64,000 nucleotides of DNA from Candidatus Eiseniibacteriota bacterium (lineage in GTDB: Bacteria > Joyebacterota > Joyebacteria > Joyebacterales > Joyebacteraceae). Made by a program: the position numbers and the translations under genes. This document shows positions 28,327 to 36,587 of the stretch, one piece after another (the first letter of the stretch is position 1; each line of letters starts with the position of its first letter). Location: positions 952 through 64,951 of the forward strand of contig JAUVLG010000003.1 in the NCBI GenBank assembly GCA_030595835.1, given 5' to 3'. The notes beneath the pieces were generated by a model. That model was not told the DNA's origin and did not search any database. It saw only the letters and a list, made by a program, of their open reading frames with translations.

Positions 28327-28351
28327 GAGGATTCCTCCGGTCGCGCTTGTC

Positions 28352-28780
28352 TCATCTGACTGGTCCCGACGCGTCCGTCGTCCGGCCGGAGTCTGCCGTC
28401 GACGCCGCGTGCCCACCGACCGTCGCCTTGTCCCTGAGACCATCGAGAGTCACGGGTCCGATGCCCTTGATATCGAGCAGATCGTCCAGCGTGGAGTATC
28501 TGCCCCGAACCTCGCGCCGGTACACGATCGCGGACGCCCGCACCGGGCCGACTCCCGGCAGACGAACCAGGTCGGTAACATCGGCGGTGTTGATGTCGAC
28601 CGGCCACGTGGGCAGTTGGTCGACCTCGGGCGCCTGCCCGTGCCGGCCGGATGCCCCGCCGAAGTCCGGAATGGCGGAGGGGAACACCCTCCCAGCCCCC
28701 ACCACTGCCGACCCGACCAGAAGCGACACTGCCAGGAACAGCACTACGACGCGCTCCTCGCGCGTGAATACACCCCTCAT
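28352..28780 (-). CDS. comEA: ComEA-family competence DNA-binding protein (signal-anchor plus tandem helix-hairpin-helix).
   Basis: DINTADVTDLVRLPGVGPVRASAIVYRREVRGRYSTLDDLLDIKGIGPVTLDGL is the canonical ComEA HhH pair. An N-terminal membrane anchor is present. Confidence 0.8.
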   Translation of the reverse strand: MRGVFTREERVVVLFLAVSLLVGSAVVGAGRVFPSAIPDFGGASGRHGQAPEVDQLPTWPVDINTADVTDLVRLPGVGPVRASAIVYRREVRGRYSTLDDLLDIKGIGPVTLDGLRDKATVGGHAASTADSGRTTDASGPVR

Positions 28781-28815
28781 CCCATCCTCCCATCCCGGAA
28801 CCTAGAATCTAACGG

Positions 28816-28836
28816 ATTGCAAAACGCAATGCAAAT
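28816..28836. promoter_or_regulatory. AT-rich palindromic element ATTGCAAAACGCAATGCAAAT upstream of comEA; candidate operator.
   Basis: Inverted repeats ATTGC-N5-GCAAT and TTGCA-N8-TGCAA sit in an unusually AT-rich patch about 35-55 nt upstream of the comEA start codon. Confidence 0.3.
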
Positions 28837-28890
28837 CAAAGTTGGGGAAGCCCGACCTGGCGGGCAGGAAAAGCCACGGGGAGGTATGTA

Positions 28891-30765
28891 TCAATCGATG
28901 AAACGCCACGAGAAGCCGGCGGCGAACCCGGTTCCACCGGGGTCCATGCCCGGGATGCGTCCGCCATCGGTCGACAGCACGTCCGTCACGGCAGCGAAGA
29001 AGCGCGCCGAGCCGACGGCGCCAGTGACGATGAGCGAAAGCGACGCACGGGTGTCGTCCACGAGGCCGCTCCACGGACCGCGCGCCAGACCAGATTCGTA
29101 CTCCAGCGAAGCCGTGACGCGCATCCGCAGGTAGTCCTCGAAGAACCACACTGGTGCTGAACCGCTGGCCTCCGCTGAGACGTACGGTACCGGCGTCAGG
29201 CCGTTGAGCGCGCCCGCGGCATCGAGACCCACGAAGGAGACATCGAGCGCCCCACTCAGGAAGGAGGTGTCACCCGCCGCCGCCCAGACTGACAGCGCTC
29301 CGCCGGTCTCGTCCGCGGCGTTCACCGCGGCGAAGGAAGACGCGTCGTACTCGTCCAGGACGATGGGATCGAGCACGCGCACGATCTCACCGCGAACGCC
29401 CGCGCCCGCGAGGATGTCCTGCCTCACGTAGGTCGCGCTCAAGGACGCTGCGCGCTCCGGCTCGACCCGGCCGTTTCCCCGGATCAGCGCTTCCGTCCCG
29501 ACGGACCCCGGCAAGACCCTGGGCTCGAGCGCCAGTTCGAGGGCGGTGGGATGCCGCCCCCAGAGCGCAGCTTCGAGCGACCAGAGGTTGCCGTGAGAGT
29601 GCCCGCCGGTGAGGACGGCTCCCGCGAGCGGGAGAGTGTGGTCGCCCAGCGCATGCAACCCCACCGTGACCGAAAGCGAGTTCGGGCCCAACTGGTACCT
29701 CTCGACGACATCCGCCCTCAGACCCACGGCCTCCTGCGGCTCCGACACGAGTTTCCCCGTCACCGCGCGGCGCTCGAACTGTACCGTGACGACTTCGAGT
29801 GGGCCGAGGTCGGAAACGCGCGCGAACATCCCATCGACGGCGGCCCTGGCCGCTGGGCCTCGCGAGTCGGACTCCAGCCACGATTGCGTGTGGAAGAGCT
29901 TAAAGCACGTGGGCCCCAGGGAACCCCGGACGAAGACGTCGCTACGAACGTAATCCCTCGAGACCGATGGCAGCGTGGCATTCGTGGCGGGTCGCGAGCG
30001 GTCCAGGGCCGTCCGGGTTCCCCCGAGTTCGGCCACCCACCCATCTTGCATGGGCAGGAATACCGATCCGCCGGCGCGGCCGAAGCCGTAGTTTCCGCCG
30101 GGCGACGGAGCCTGACCGTCCTCTGTCTCGAAGAAACCGGTGATGGCGCTGCCACCATGGTAGTGCCGGCCGAACTCGATCGCGGAGAGCGATCGACCGA
30201 AGGGCCCGGACGCCGCCGTCAACCGCGAGAATGGAACGGTCCCGGGATGACGCAGCGGCCGCTGGTCGACAGTGAGCGGCGCCGCACCACCGAGGACAAC
30301 CGCGGGCCACTCCGCCGTGTATGCAGGCCAGAGGGAGAAGTCCGGGCCGCTCGGGGTCAGAACGACGCCGGGGGCCTGAACTGCGGCCGCCAGGAGATCG
30401 AGGCCACCGTCGACCCAGTCGGTGGCGTGGCGACCGCGCAGCGTCAGCTCCGTCAGTGCGGCGGGAACCGCCCCGCGCGCGAGTGACACACGATGTCCGC
30501 CCCACCCGCTTCCGACACGCCTTACGCCGGTCGGCAGAGCCGCGGCCGCCGCCGCTCCGGAGGCCCGGACGCGCCTTACGTCACCGCCCACCCCCGGCGC
30601 CTGTTCGGGTTCATCCTGAACGAACGCCAACGAATCTGCCGGGGACTGCAGGAGGAGCTCGGCCTCCCCCTCCTCGGCGCGTGCCGCCGGGGACAAGATC
30701 AGCAGGAAAAGGGTCACGGCAGTGGCGAGAACGCAGGAGGATCCAGGGCGCGCACGGGGTGTCAT
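28891..30765 (-). CDS. Secreted Ala/Gly-rich protein of unknown function (624 aa).
   Basis: The start is probably ATG at 30765 (MTPRARPGSSCVLATAVTLFLLILSPAARA, a signal peptide), overlapping the upstream membrane-protein stop as ATGA. The first 216 codons of the track ORF are an Arg-rich alternative frame over that upstream gene. Confidence 0.5.
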   Translation of the reverse strand: MTPRARPGSSCVLATAVTLFLLILSPAARAEEGEAELLLQSPADSLAFVQDEPEQAPGVGGDVRRVRASGAAAAAALPTGVRRVGSGWGGHRVSLARGAVPAALTELTLRGRHATDWVDGGLDLLAAAVQAPGVVLTPSGPDFSLWPAYTAEWPAVVLGGAAPLTVDQRPLRHPGTVPFSRLTAASGPFGRSLSAIEFGRHYHGGSAITGFFETEDGQAPSPGGNYGFGRAGGSVFLPMQDGWVAELGGTRTALDRSRPATNATLPSVSRDYVRSDVFVRGSLGPTCFKLFHTQSWLESDSRGPAARAAVDGMFARVSDLGPLEVVTVQFERRAVTGKLVSEPQEAVGLRADVVERYQLGPNSLSVTVGLHALGDHTLPLAGAVLTGGHSHGNLWSLEAALWGRHPTALELALEPRVLPGSVGTEALIRGNGRVEPERAASLSATYVRQDILAGAGVRGEIVRVLDPIVLDEYDASSFAAVNAADETGGALSVWAAAGDTSFLSGALDVSFVGLDAAGALNGLTPVPYVSAEASGSAPVWFFEDYLRMRVTASLEYESGLARGPWSGLVDDTRASLSLIVTGAVGSARFFAAVTDVLSTDGGRIPGMDPGGTGFAAGFSWRFID

Positions 30766-31460
30766 CCGTTCCCTCCGTGGGCTCCCCGGGCGCTCGGGAT
30801 CCGAGCGCCGGTGGTCGTCCGGTGGCCGGCCATCCGCACGATTCTCGGGATAACGGCCGGCGCCAGCACCACAAACACGATCGTGTTGGACACAAGATGC
30901 ACGATGGAGAAGAACGCGTTCGACAGGATCACTGCCAGTGCTCCGGTGCGAAACTCGGGGCTCATCACTGCCAGACCCACAATGACGGCGGCCTGATAGA
31001 CGGCGGTCAGGACGAAACCCAGCCCGCCTGCTACCAGGGGTAGAGCCCGGTGGCCTCCGCCGGCTCGGCCAACCGCCGCCGCGTCGAGCGACCCTCCCTG
31101 ACCCGAGACCCCCTTGGCCGTGCCGCGCCACAGAGGAGCCGTGATACCACCTACCAGCCCTGTGAACGCCGACGCCGCGAGCTGCGCCGCCAGCATCGTG
31201 GGCACACCAAGTCCCGACCCGTAAGGATTGGCTCCGGAGTAGATGGCCATGGCGAGCACACCAACGAGCGCGCCGCGCCACCGGCCCAGGACCACGCCGG
31301 ACACGAAGATCGTGAACGTCACGAGTTCGACGTTTGGCACGGACAGAAGGAGAAAACCAAGCGCGGCCGCCAGGGCGACGAAGATGGCCGTGACGGCCGT
31401 CCCCGAGGTCCACAGCGCGCGCCCGGAATCCCGGGAGCTAGTCAAGTTTCTCTCGCTCAT
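30762..31460 (-). CDS. Polytopic membrane protein, possibly an ECF-transporter S-component-like or BioY-like protein.
   Basis: It has about 5-6 hydrophobic helices (AVTAIFVALAAALGFLLL, FTIFVSGVVLG, AMAIYSG...). The start is tentatively MSERNLT at 31460. Confidence 0.45.
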   Translation of the reverse strand: MSERNLTSSRDSGRALWTSGTAVTAIFVALAAALGFLLLSVPNVELVTFTIFVSGVVLGRWRGALVGVLAMAIYSGANPYGSGLGVPTMLAAQLAASAFTGLVGGITAPLWRGTAKGVSGQGGSLDAAAVGRAGGGHRALPLVAGGLGFVLTAVYQAAVIVGLAVMSPEFRTGALAVILSNAFFSIVHLVSNTIVFVVLAPAVIPRIVRMAGHRTTTGARIPSARGAHGGNG

Positions 31461-31860
31461 GCTTGAGACGGTCCGGGGTGACGTCGTCCAGCTGAGTGCC
31501 CGTGTCGCCGGGCACACCGATGGGCTCTATGTACTGCGAGATCTCGGCCCGATCGTCCAGTGAGAGCATATTCCAATTGCGCTGCACCTCCAGGATCAGC
31601 GGTGTCCCGCACTTGGACGGCACGTCGCTCTCGTACTCAGGAGGAAGACTGGTGGAGTCGAACATCGCGTAGGTCTTGTACAGAAGCCCGGTGGAATATT
31701 CCAGGACTCCGGATCTGACCGCCGCCTCTATCAGCTCGAGCGAACTCATCGGCCGCTCGCCCGTGGAGTAGGTCACCTGGCTCTCGCCCGAGACCGGCTC
31801 GGCGTCGGGCGCGCGGCATGAGCAGCCGGCCGCCAGGAGCGCGACCACGGCGATAGCCAT
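31438..31860 (-). CDS. Small lipoprotein of unknown function.
   Basis: The N-terminus MAIAVVALLAAGCS has an LAAGC lipobox after a hydrophobic stretch. The start is uncertain (ATG at 31860 or an upstream non-ATG). The upstream 108 codons of the track ORF are Arg-rich with no homology. Confidence 0.45.
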   Translation of the reverse strand: MAIAVVALLAAGCSCRAPDAEPVSGESQVTYSTGERPMSSLELIEAAVRSGVLEYSTGLLYKTYAMFDSTSLPPEYESDVPSKCGTPLILEVQRNWNMLSLDDRAEISQYIEPIGVPGDTGTQLDDVTPDRLKHEREKLD

Positions 31861-31919
31861 CGCCAGGAAACCAACCGATGGCCGCAGTGTAGGACGTCGC
31901 AAGGTTGGTTCTCCTCTTC

Positions 31920-32546
31920 TTAAGAGACCTTCGGAAGCACGACGCTCATGACTTCGTCGCACGCGCGGTCGGCTTCCCGGCCAAGGTCGGTGAGCGCGAC
32001 CGCGGCCCTCTTGGCAAACTCCTGATGCTCCTCCGCGCGGATGCCTCCGAGGTTGATGCGTACGTTCAGCCCCGCCGCGTGTACGCCCGCCCGCGCAACC
32101 AGGGCCGCGACGCCTGCGTCCGACACCGCATTCACGTTCCCGTGCTCCGCGACCGGACCCGCCAGCTTGATCACGCCCAGGCACATCTCCATCACGGCGA
32201 GTGGAATGGTGGCCGCGTCGACCAGCGCCTGCTGAAGGGCCGTCTTCCGCAACGCCTTCTCCGCTTCGGTCTCCTTCGGCATCTTGAGCGCCACCATGAC
32301 CTTGTCGAACGCGGCGGCGTCCTCATCAATCATCTGGGTGAGCTCGAGCCGCAGCGTTTCCGCCCCGGTGAGCGCTTCCTTCATGTCCTCCTCGACGTCC
32401 GCATATTTCTTCTTCCCGATCGTCAGGTTGGCCACCATCGAGTTCAGTGCGGCCCCGAGCGCGCCGCACAACGCCGCCACACTCCCGCCGCCCGGCGTCG
32501 GGGAATCAGACGCCAGCTCTCCCAGGAATCCGCTCAGATCCGTCAT
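31920..32546 (-). CDS. Formiminotetrahydrofolate cyclodeaminase-family protein (FtcD C-terminal domain / methenyl-THF cyclohydrolase-like).
   Basis: It is all alpha-helical, and LASDSPTPGGGSVAALCGALGAAL is the hallmark N-terminal motif of the cyclodeaminase family. Confidence 0.8.
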   Translation of the reverse strand: MTDLSGFLGELASDSPTPGGGSVAALCGALGAALNSMVANLTIGKKKYADVEEDMKEALTGAETLRLELTQMIDEDAAAFDKVMVALKMPKETEAEKALRKTALQQALVDAATIPLAVMEMCLGVIKLAGPVAEHGNVNAVSDAGVAALVARAGVHAAGLNVRINLGGIRAEEHQEFAKRAAVALTDLGREADRACDEVMSVVLPKVS

Positions 32547-33454
32547 TCGTCGCTCCCATCTTCCGAAAGGCGATTCTCCAGAACCTGTCCTCTCTGAAAG
32601 TTCTCAAGCCTCAGGTAGAACTCCGCGCAATCGACCAGCGCGTCCGCGGGCACCAGGCCGACGACCTCGCTGCCAATGACCGGCACTCCGTACCGCTCGG
32701 CCTCACTCCTGACCATTTCGAACACACGGAAGAGCGGCGTCCCCTTGAAGTTGACCATGTTGATGGAGACCTGGACGATGTTGCGGTCCTTGATCGCAAA
32801 TCCCATCGCTTTGACGTGCCTCAGGCCACCGCTCGAGTGCCGGATGGCCTTGGCGATCGTCTTCGCGACGGAGAGGTCGGTCGTGCCCAGATTGATGTTG
32901 TAGGCGACCAAAAACGGCCTCGCGCCTATCGCAGTGGCGCCGGCCGTGGGATGGATCTTGTTGGGTCCGAAATCGGGCTCCCTATCAGGGTTGGTCCCTA
33001 TCTCGTCACGCAGCCCTTCGAACTGGCCCTTGCGCACCTTCGCGAGGTTCTGCCGTGCCGGCCGCGTGGCGGCCGATTCGTACAGAAAGACCGGGATCTC
33101 AAGTTCCTTGCCCACGCGTTCCCCAAGCCGTTTGGCGAGTTCGACGCAGTCGTCCATCGTTACACCCGTAACCGGCACGAACGGAACGACATCGGTCGCC
33201 CCCATGCGCGGGTGCTCTCCCTCGTGCGTCGTGAGGTCGATCACATCCTTCGCCTTGGCCATCCCGCGGAAGGCCCCCTCCAGCACGGCCTCAGGCTCTC
33301 CGACTATCGTCACCACCGCCCTGTTGTGGTCGGCGTCCATCTCGCTGTCGAGAAGTCTCACGCCATCGACTGCCGTCATCGCGCCAACGATCGCGTCCAG
33401 CACCTCGGGCCGCCTGCCCTCGCTGAAATTGGGAACGCACTCTACCAGCTTCAT
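32543..33454 (-). CDS. Glutamate formimidoyltransferase (FtcD N-terminal domain homolog).
   Basis: MKLVECVPNFSEGRR is the characteristic start. The start is ATG at 33454 with a GGAGGTG Shine-Dalgarno sequence; the ORF-track start at 33466 is a TTG and is probably not real. Confidence 0.85.
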   Translation of the reverse strand: MKLVECVPNFSEGRRPEVLDAIVGAMTAVDGVRLLDSEMDADHNRAVVTIVGEPEAVLEGAFRGMAKAKDVIDLTTHEGEHPRMGATDVVPFVPVTGVTMDDCVELAKRLGERVGKELEIPVFLYESAATRPARQNLAKVRKGQFEGLRDEIGTNPDREPDFGPNKIHPTAGATAIGARPFLVAYNINLGTTDLSVAKTIAKAIRHSSGGLRHVKAMGFAIKDRNIVQVSINMVNFKGTPLFRVFEMVRSEAERYGVPVIGSEVVGLVPADALVDCAEFYLRLENFQRGQVLENRLSEDGSDE

Positions 33455-33476
33455 TCGCACCTCCAAGAAGTTTGAT

Positions 33477-33532
33477 CGGATCTCAGTCGTACCGCCCGGA
33501 TCTCAGTCGTGCCGCCCGGATCTCAGGCCGCG
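33477..33532. repeat. 20-bp tandem repeat (cggatctcagtcgtRccgcc), about 2.6 copies, overlapping the hutI stop codon.
   Basis: Two full copies lie at 33477-33496 and 33497-33516, with a partial copy at 33517-33532 that contains the hutI TGA (tca at 33523-33525). Confidence 0.8.
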
Positions 33533-34845
33533 AGCGAGCCGCGGGAGACGACCACACTCCCCCGCTTCACGACGGCCGCGGCAAGGTTGACACCGTAGTG
33601 ATAGGGAATAGCCCTGTAGTCATCGACCTCCCAGATCACGAGGTCACACTGACGGCCCGGCGCCAGGCTCCCCACGACGTTCTCGGCCCGAAGGGCGGCA
33701 GCCGCGTTCACGGTTGCCGCAACGAGCGCCTCCTCGGGCGTCATGCGGAGCACCATGGATGCGAGCGCCAGGATGATCTGCATGGACTCGGTCATGGAAC
33801 TGCCGGGATTGCAGTCGGTCGCGAGCGCAACGGGCACACCGGCGTCTATCAGCCGCCTGGCAGGCGCGAACGCAGCGCCGCCGAGCGACAGCGTGGTCCC
33901 AGGCAGGAGAACAGCAACGACACCGGAGGCGGCCAGAGCGGCCATGCCTTCGTCTGACACGCGGACAAGGTGGTCGGCCGAGGCGGCTCCGAGTTCCGCG
34001 GCCAGTTCCGCCGCCCCAAAGGAGTGCAGCTCGTCGGCATGAAGCTTGGGCTCCATGCCGTGCGCGCGTGCCGCCGTGAGGACGCGACGGGACTGCTCGA
34101 CGGTGAACACGCCCTCTTCGCAGAAGACGTCGCAGAACCGCGCGAGTTCCTCGGCCGCGACCGCGGGGATCATGTCATCGATCAGGTGATCGACGTAGCC
34201 CTCACGATCGTCGCGCCATTCGTCGGGGAATTCATGCGCGCCCAGAAAGGTCGGGACAATGTCGACCACGTGCGTGTCAGCGAGCTCTGAGATCACGCGC
34301 AGCATCTTGAGCTCGGATTCGAGGGAGAGACCGTATCCACTCTTGATCTCCACGGTGGTCGTCCCGTGCTCGAGCATCAGGTCCACCGTGCCGCGACCGT
34401 TCTCTCTGAGCAGGTCCGCGGTGGCGCGGCGAAGAGACCGGACGCTCGAGCGGATTCCCCCTCCCGCCTCGGCGATCTCCTCGTAGCTTCTGCCCTCGAT
34501 CCGCATCGCGAACTCACCCTCACGCGTGGCGGCGAAGACGGCGTGCGTGTGTGGGTCGACGAGCCCCGGTGTGACCACACGATCACCCGCGTCGATGACG
34601 ACCGTATCCGGCCCGGTGTCCACGGATGCGAGCACTTCCGACTCGGTCCCCACGGCGAGCACGCGACCGTTGCCCGAGGCCACGGCGCCCCCCTCGACCA
34701 GTCCGAGCTCGCGCATCGAAGGACCCACGCGCGGGCCCTCCGCCCCGTCCATCGTGATGAGCTGCCCTATGTTCCTGATGATGAGATCAGTCACGTAGTT
34801 CGTTGCCCTCCCCCGCAACCAGGCTCCACCGAGCCTTCGATCCAC
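33523..34845 (-). CDS. hutI: Imidazolonepropionase.
   Basis: VDPHTHAVF is the metal-binding HxH motif and the protein aligns with amidohydrolase-fold HutI over its full length. The exact start is uncertain. Confidence 0.9.
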   Translation of the reverse strand: MDRRLGGAWLRGRATNYVTDLIIRNIGQLITMDGAEGPRVGPSMRELGLVEGGAVASGNGRVLAVGTESEVLASVDTGPDTVVIDAGDRVVTPGLVDPHTHAVFAATREGEFAMRIEGRSYEEIAEAGGGIRSSVRSLRRATADLLRENGRGTVDLMLEHGTTTVEIKSGYGLSLESELKMLRVISELADTHVVDIVPTFLGAHEFPDEWRDDREGYVDHLIDDMIPAVAAEELARFCDVFCEEGVFTVEQSRRVLTAARAHGMEPKLHADELHSFGAAELAAELGAASADHLVRVSDEGMAALAASGVVAVLLPGTTLSLGGAAFAPARRLIDAGVPVALATDCNPGSSMTESMQIILALASMVLRMTPEEALVAATVNAAAALRAENVVGSLAPGRQCDLVIWEVDDYRAIPYHYGVNLAAAVVKRGSVVVSRGSLAA

Positions 34846-34860
34846 CTGGATGCGACGTCC

Positions 34861-36528
34861 CTAATCCTGCATCGGGATCCTGATGTCGTGCTTACCGGCC
34901 CACTCGATGGCCTTCTCGTACCCCGCGTCGGCGTGCCGCATGATCCCGGTACCGGGATCGTACGTGAGCACCCGCTCGAGGCGTTGTGCCGCCTCCTCGG
35001 TACCGTCGGCAACGATGACCATGCCCGCGTGCAGCGATTTGCCGATGCCCACACCACCGCCGTGGTGGAACGACACCCACGTGGCGCCTCCCACGGCATT
35101 CAAGAGAGCGTTCAGAACCGGCCAGTCCGCGATCGCGTCGCTGCCGTCCAGCATGCTCTCGGTCTCGCGATAGGGCGAGGCCACGGAGCCGCTGTCGAGG
35201 TGATCGCGCCCGATCACTATGGGCGCGCTGAGTTCACCCGATCCTACCATGCGATTGAGTTCGAGCCCGAACCTCGCGCGCTCGCCGTAGCCCAGCCAGC
35301 AGATCCTCGACGGGAGCCCCTGGAAGTGCACCTTCTCTCGCGCGAGCCTGATCCAGCGGCCCAGCGCCTCGTCCTCCGGGAAGAGCCGGAGCACGGTCTC
35401 GTCGGTCCTGTAGATGTCCTCAGGATCGCCCGAGAGGGCCACCCATCGGAACGGTCCCTTGCCGGTGCAGAAGAGCGGACGGATGTACGCCGGCACGAAG
35501 CCGGGGTAGTCGAACGCGTTCTCAACACCCGCGTCCTGTGCCTGGCCCCTGAGGTTGTTCCCGTAATCGAACGCCACCGCGCCCATCTTCTGGAACTCAA
35601 GAATGGCCCGGACGTGCGCGGCCATCGACTCCATCGAAAGCCCGATGTAGCGCTCTGGATCGCTCTCGCGGAGCGACAGAGCCTCCTCATACGGCATGCC
35701 GGCCGGCACGTAGCCCGTGAGCGCGTCGTGGGCCGACGTCTGGTCGGTTACCACATCGGGGGTCAGACCCCGGCGCACGAGCTCCGGCAGGACATCGGCG
35801 CAGTTGCCGACGAGGCCGATCGAAAGAGGCTCACCGGCGACCTTCGCCTCATCTGCCAGAGCGAGCGCCTCATCAAGGCTATCGGTCATCCGGTCGCAGT
35901 ACCCCGTGTCGAGTCGCTTCTGTATCCTCTCGCGGTCGATCTCGACGCAGAGGCACACGCCCCCGTTCATCGTCACGGCCAGCGGCTGCGCCCCACCCAT
36001 GCCGCCCATGCCGCCCGTCAGAACCAGCCTGCCACGGAGACGCCCTCCGAAGTGCTGGCGGGCGAGCTCCGCGAGGGTCTCGTAGGTCCCCTGCAGGATG
36101 CCCTGAGTGCCTATGTAGATCCAGCTACCGGCGGTCATCTGACCGTACATGATGAGCCCCTTGCGCTCGAGCTCCCGGAACTTGTCCCACGTCGCCCAGT
36201 CTCCGACCAGGTTGGAGTTGGCGATCAGAACCCGGGGCGCGTCCGTGTGTGTCCGGAAGATACCGACAGGCTTTCCCGACTGCACGAGCAGCGTCTCGTC
36301 CGATTCCAGCTCCTTGAGCGATCGGACGATCGCGTCGAACGCTTCCCAGCTCCTCGCCGCCTTCCCCGTACCGCCGTAGACCACGAGCTCGTCCGGATTC
36401 TCGGCGACGGCAGGGTCAAGGTTGTTCGAGATCATCCTGAGCGCCGCCTCCTGCAGCCAGCCCTTGCACGAGAGCTCGCTGCCACGGGGCGCTCTCACCA
36501 CGCGCGCTCCAGCCTGTTTCTTCTCCAT
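34861..36528 (-). CDS. hutU: Urocanate hydratase.
   Basis: [50 protein letters not shown] is the canonical urocanase N-terminus. The start is probably ATG at 36528 (MEKKQAG). Confidence 0.9.
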   Translation of the reverse strand: MEKKQAGARVVRAPRGSELSCKGWLQEAALRMISNNLDPAVAENPDELVVYGGTGKAARSWEAFDAIVRSLKELESDETLLVQSGKPVGIFRTHTDAPRVLIANSNLVGDWATWDKFRELERKGLIMYGQMTAGSWIYIGTQGILQGTYETLAELARQHFGGRLRGRLVLTGGMGGMGGAQPLAVTMNGGVCLCVEIDRERIQKRLDTGYCDRMTDSLDEALALADEAKVAGEPLSIGLVGNCADVLPELVRRGLTPDVVTDQTSAHDALTGYVPAGMPYEEALSLRESDPERYIGLSMESMAAHVRAILEFQKMGAVAFDYGNNLRGQAQDAGVENAFDYPGFVPAYIRPLFCTGKGPFRWVALSGDPEDIYRTDETVLRLFPEDEALGRWIRLAREKVHFQGLPSRICWLGYGERARFGLELNRMVGSGELSAPIVIGRDHLDSGSVASPYRETESMLDGSDAIADWPVLNALLNAVGGATWVSFHHGGGVGIGKSLHAGMVIVADGTEEAAQRLERVLTYDPGTGIMRHADAGYEKAIEWAGKHDIRIPMQD

Positions 36529-36587
36529 GCAGTGGTACCCTCCGGAGGAACCAATCGGTCCCAGGTCCACGCGGCGAAACCGCCGCT

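Noticed and set aside
26686-28359. 557-aa plus-strand ORF antisense to the sensor kinase. Other long plus-strand ORFs (34366..36591, 50051..52066, 57752..59494) are antisense to hutU, the M6 protease and the C25 peptidase.
   Set aside because: They have the same high-GC antisense artefact signature: no stops in GC-rich reverse frames and Arg-rich composition. They overlap confidently assigned genes.
28801-28890. Possible sigma-54 (-24/-12) promoter upstream of comEA because of TTGCA elements.
   Set aside because: There is no TGGCAC element at the required spacing on either strand. The TTGCA units form palindromes instead.
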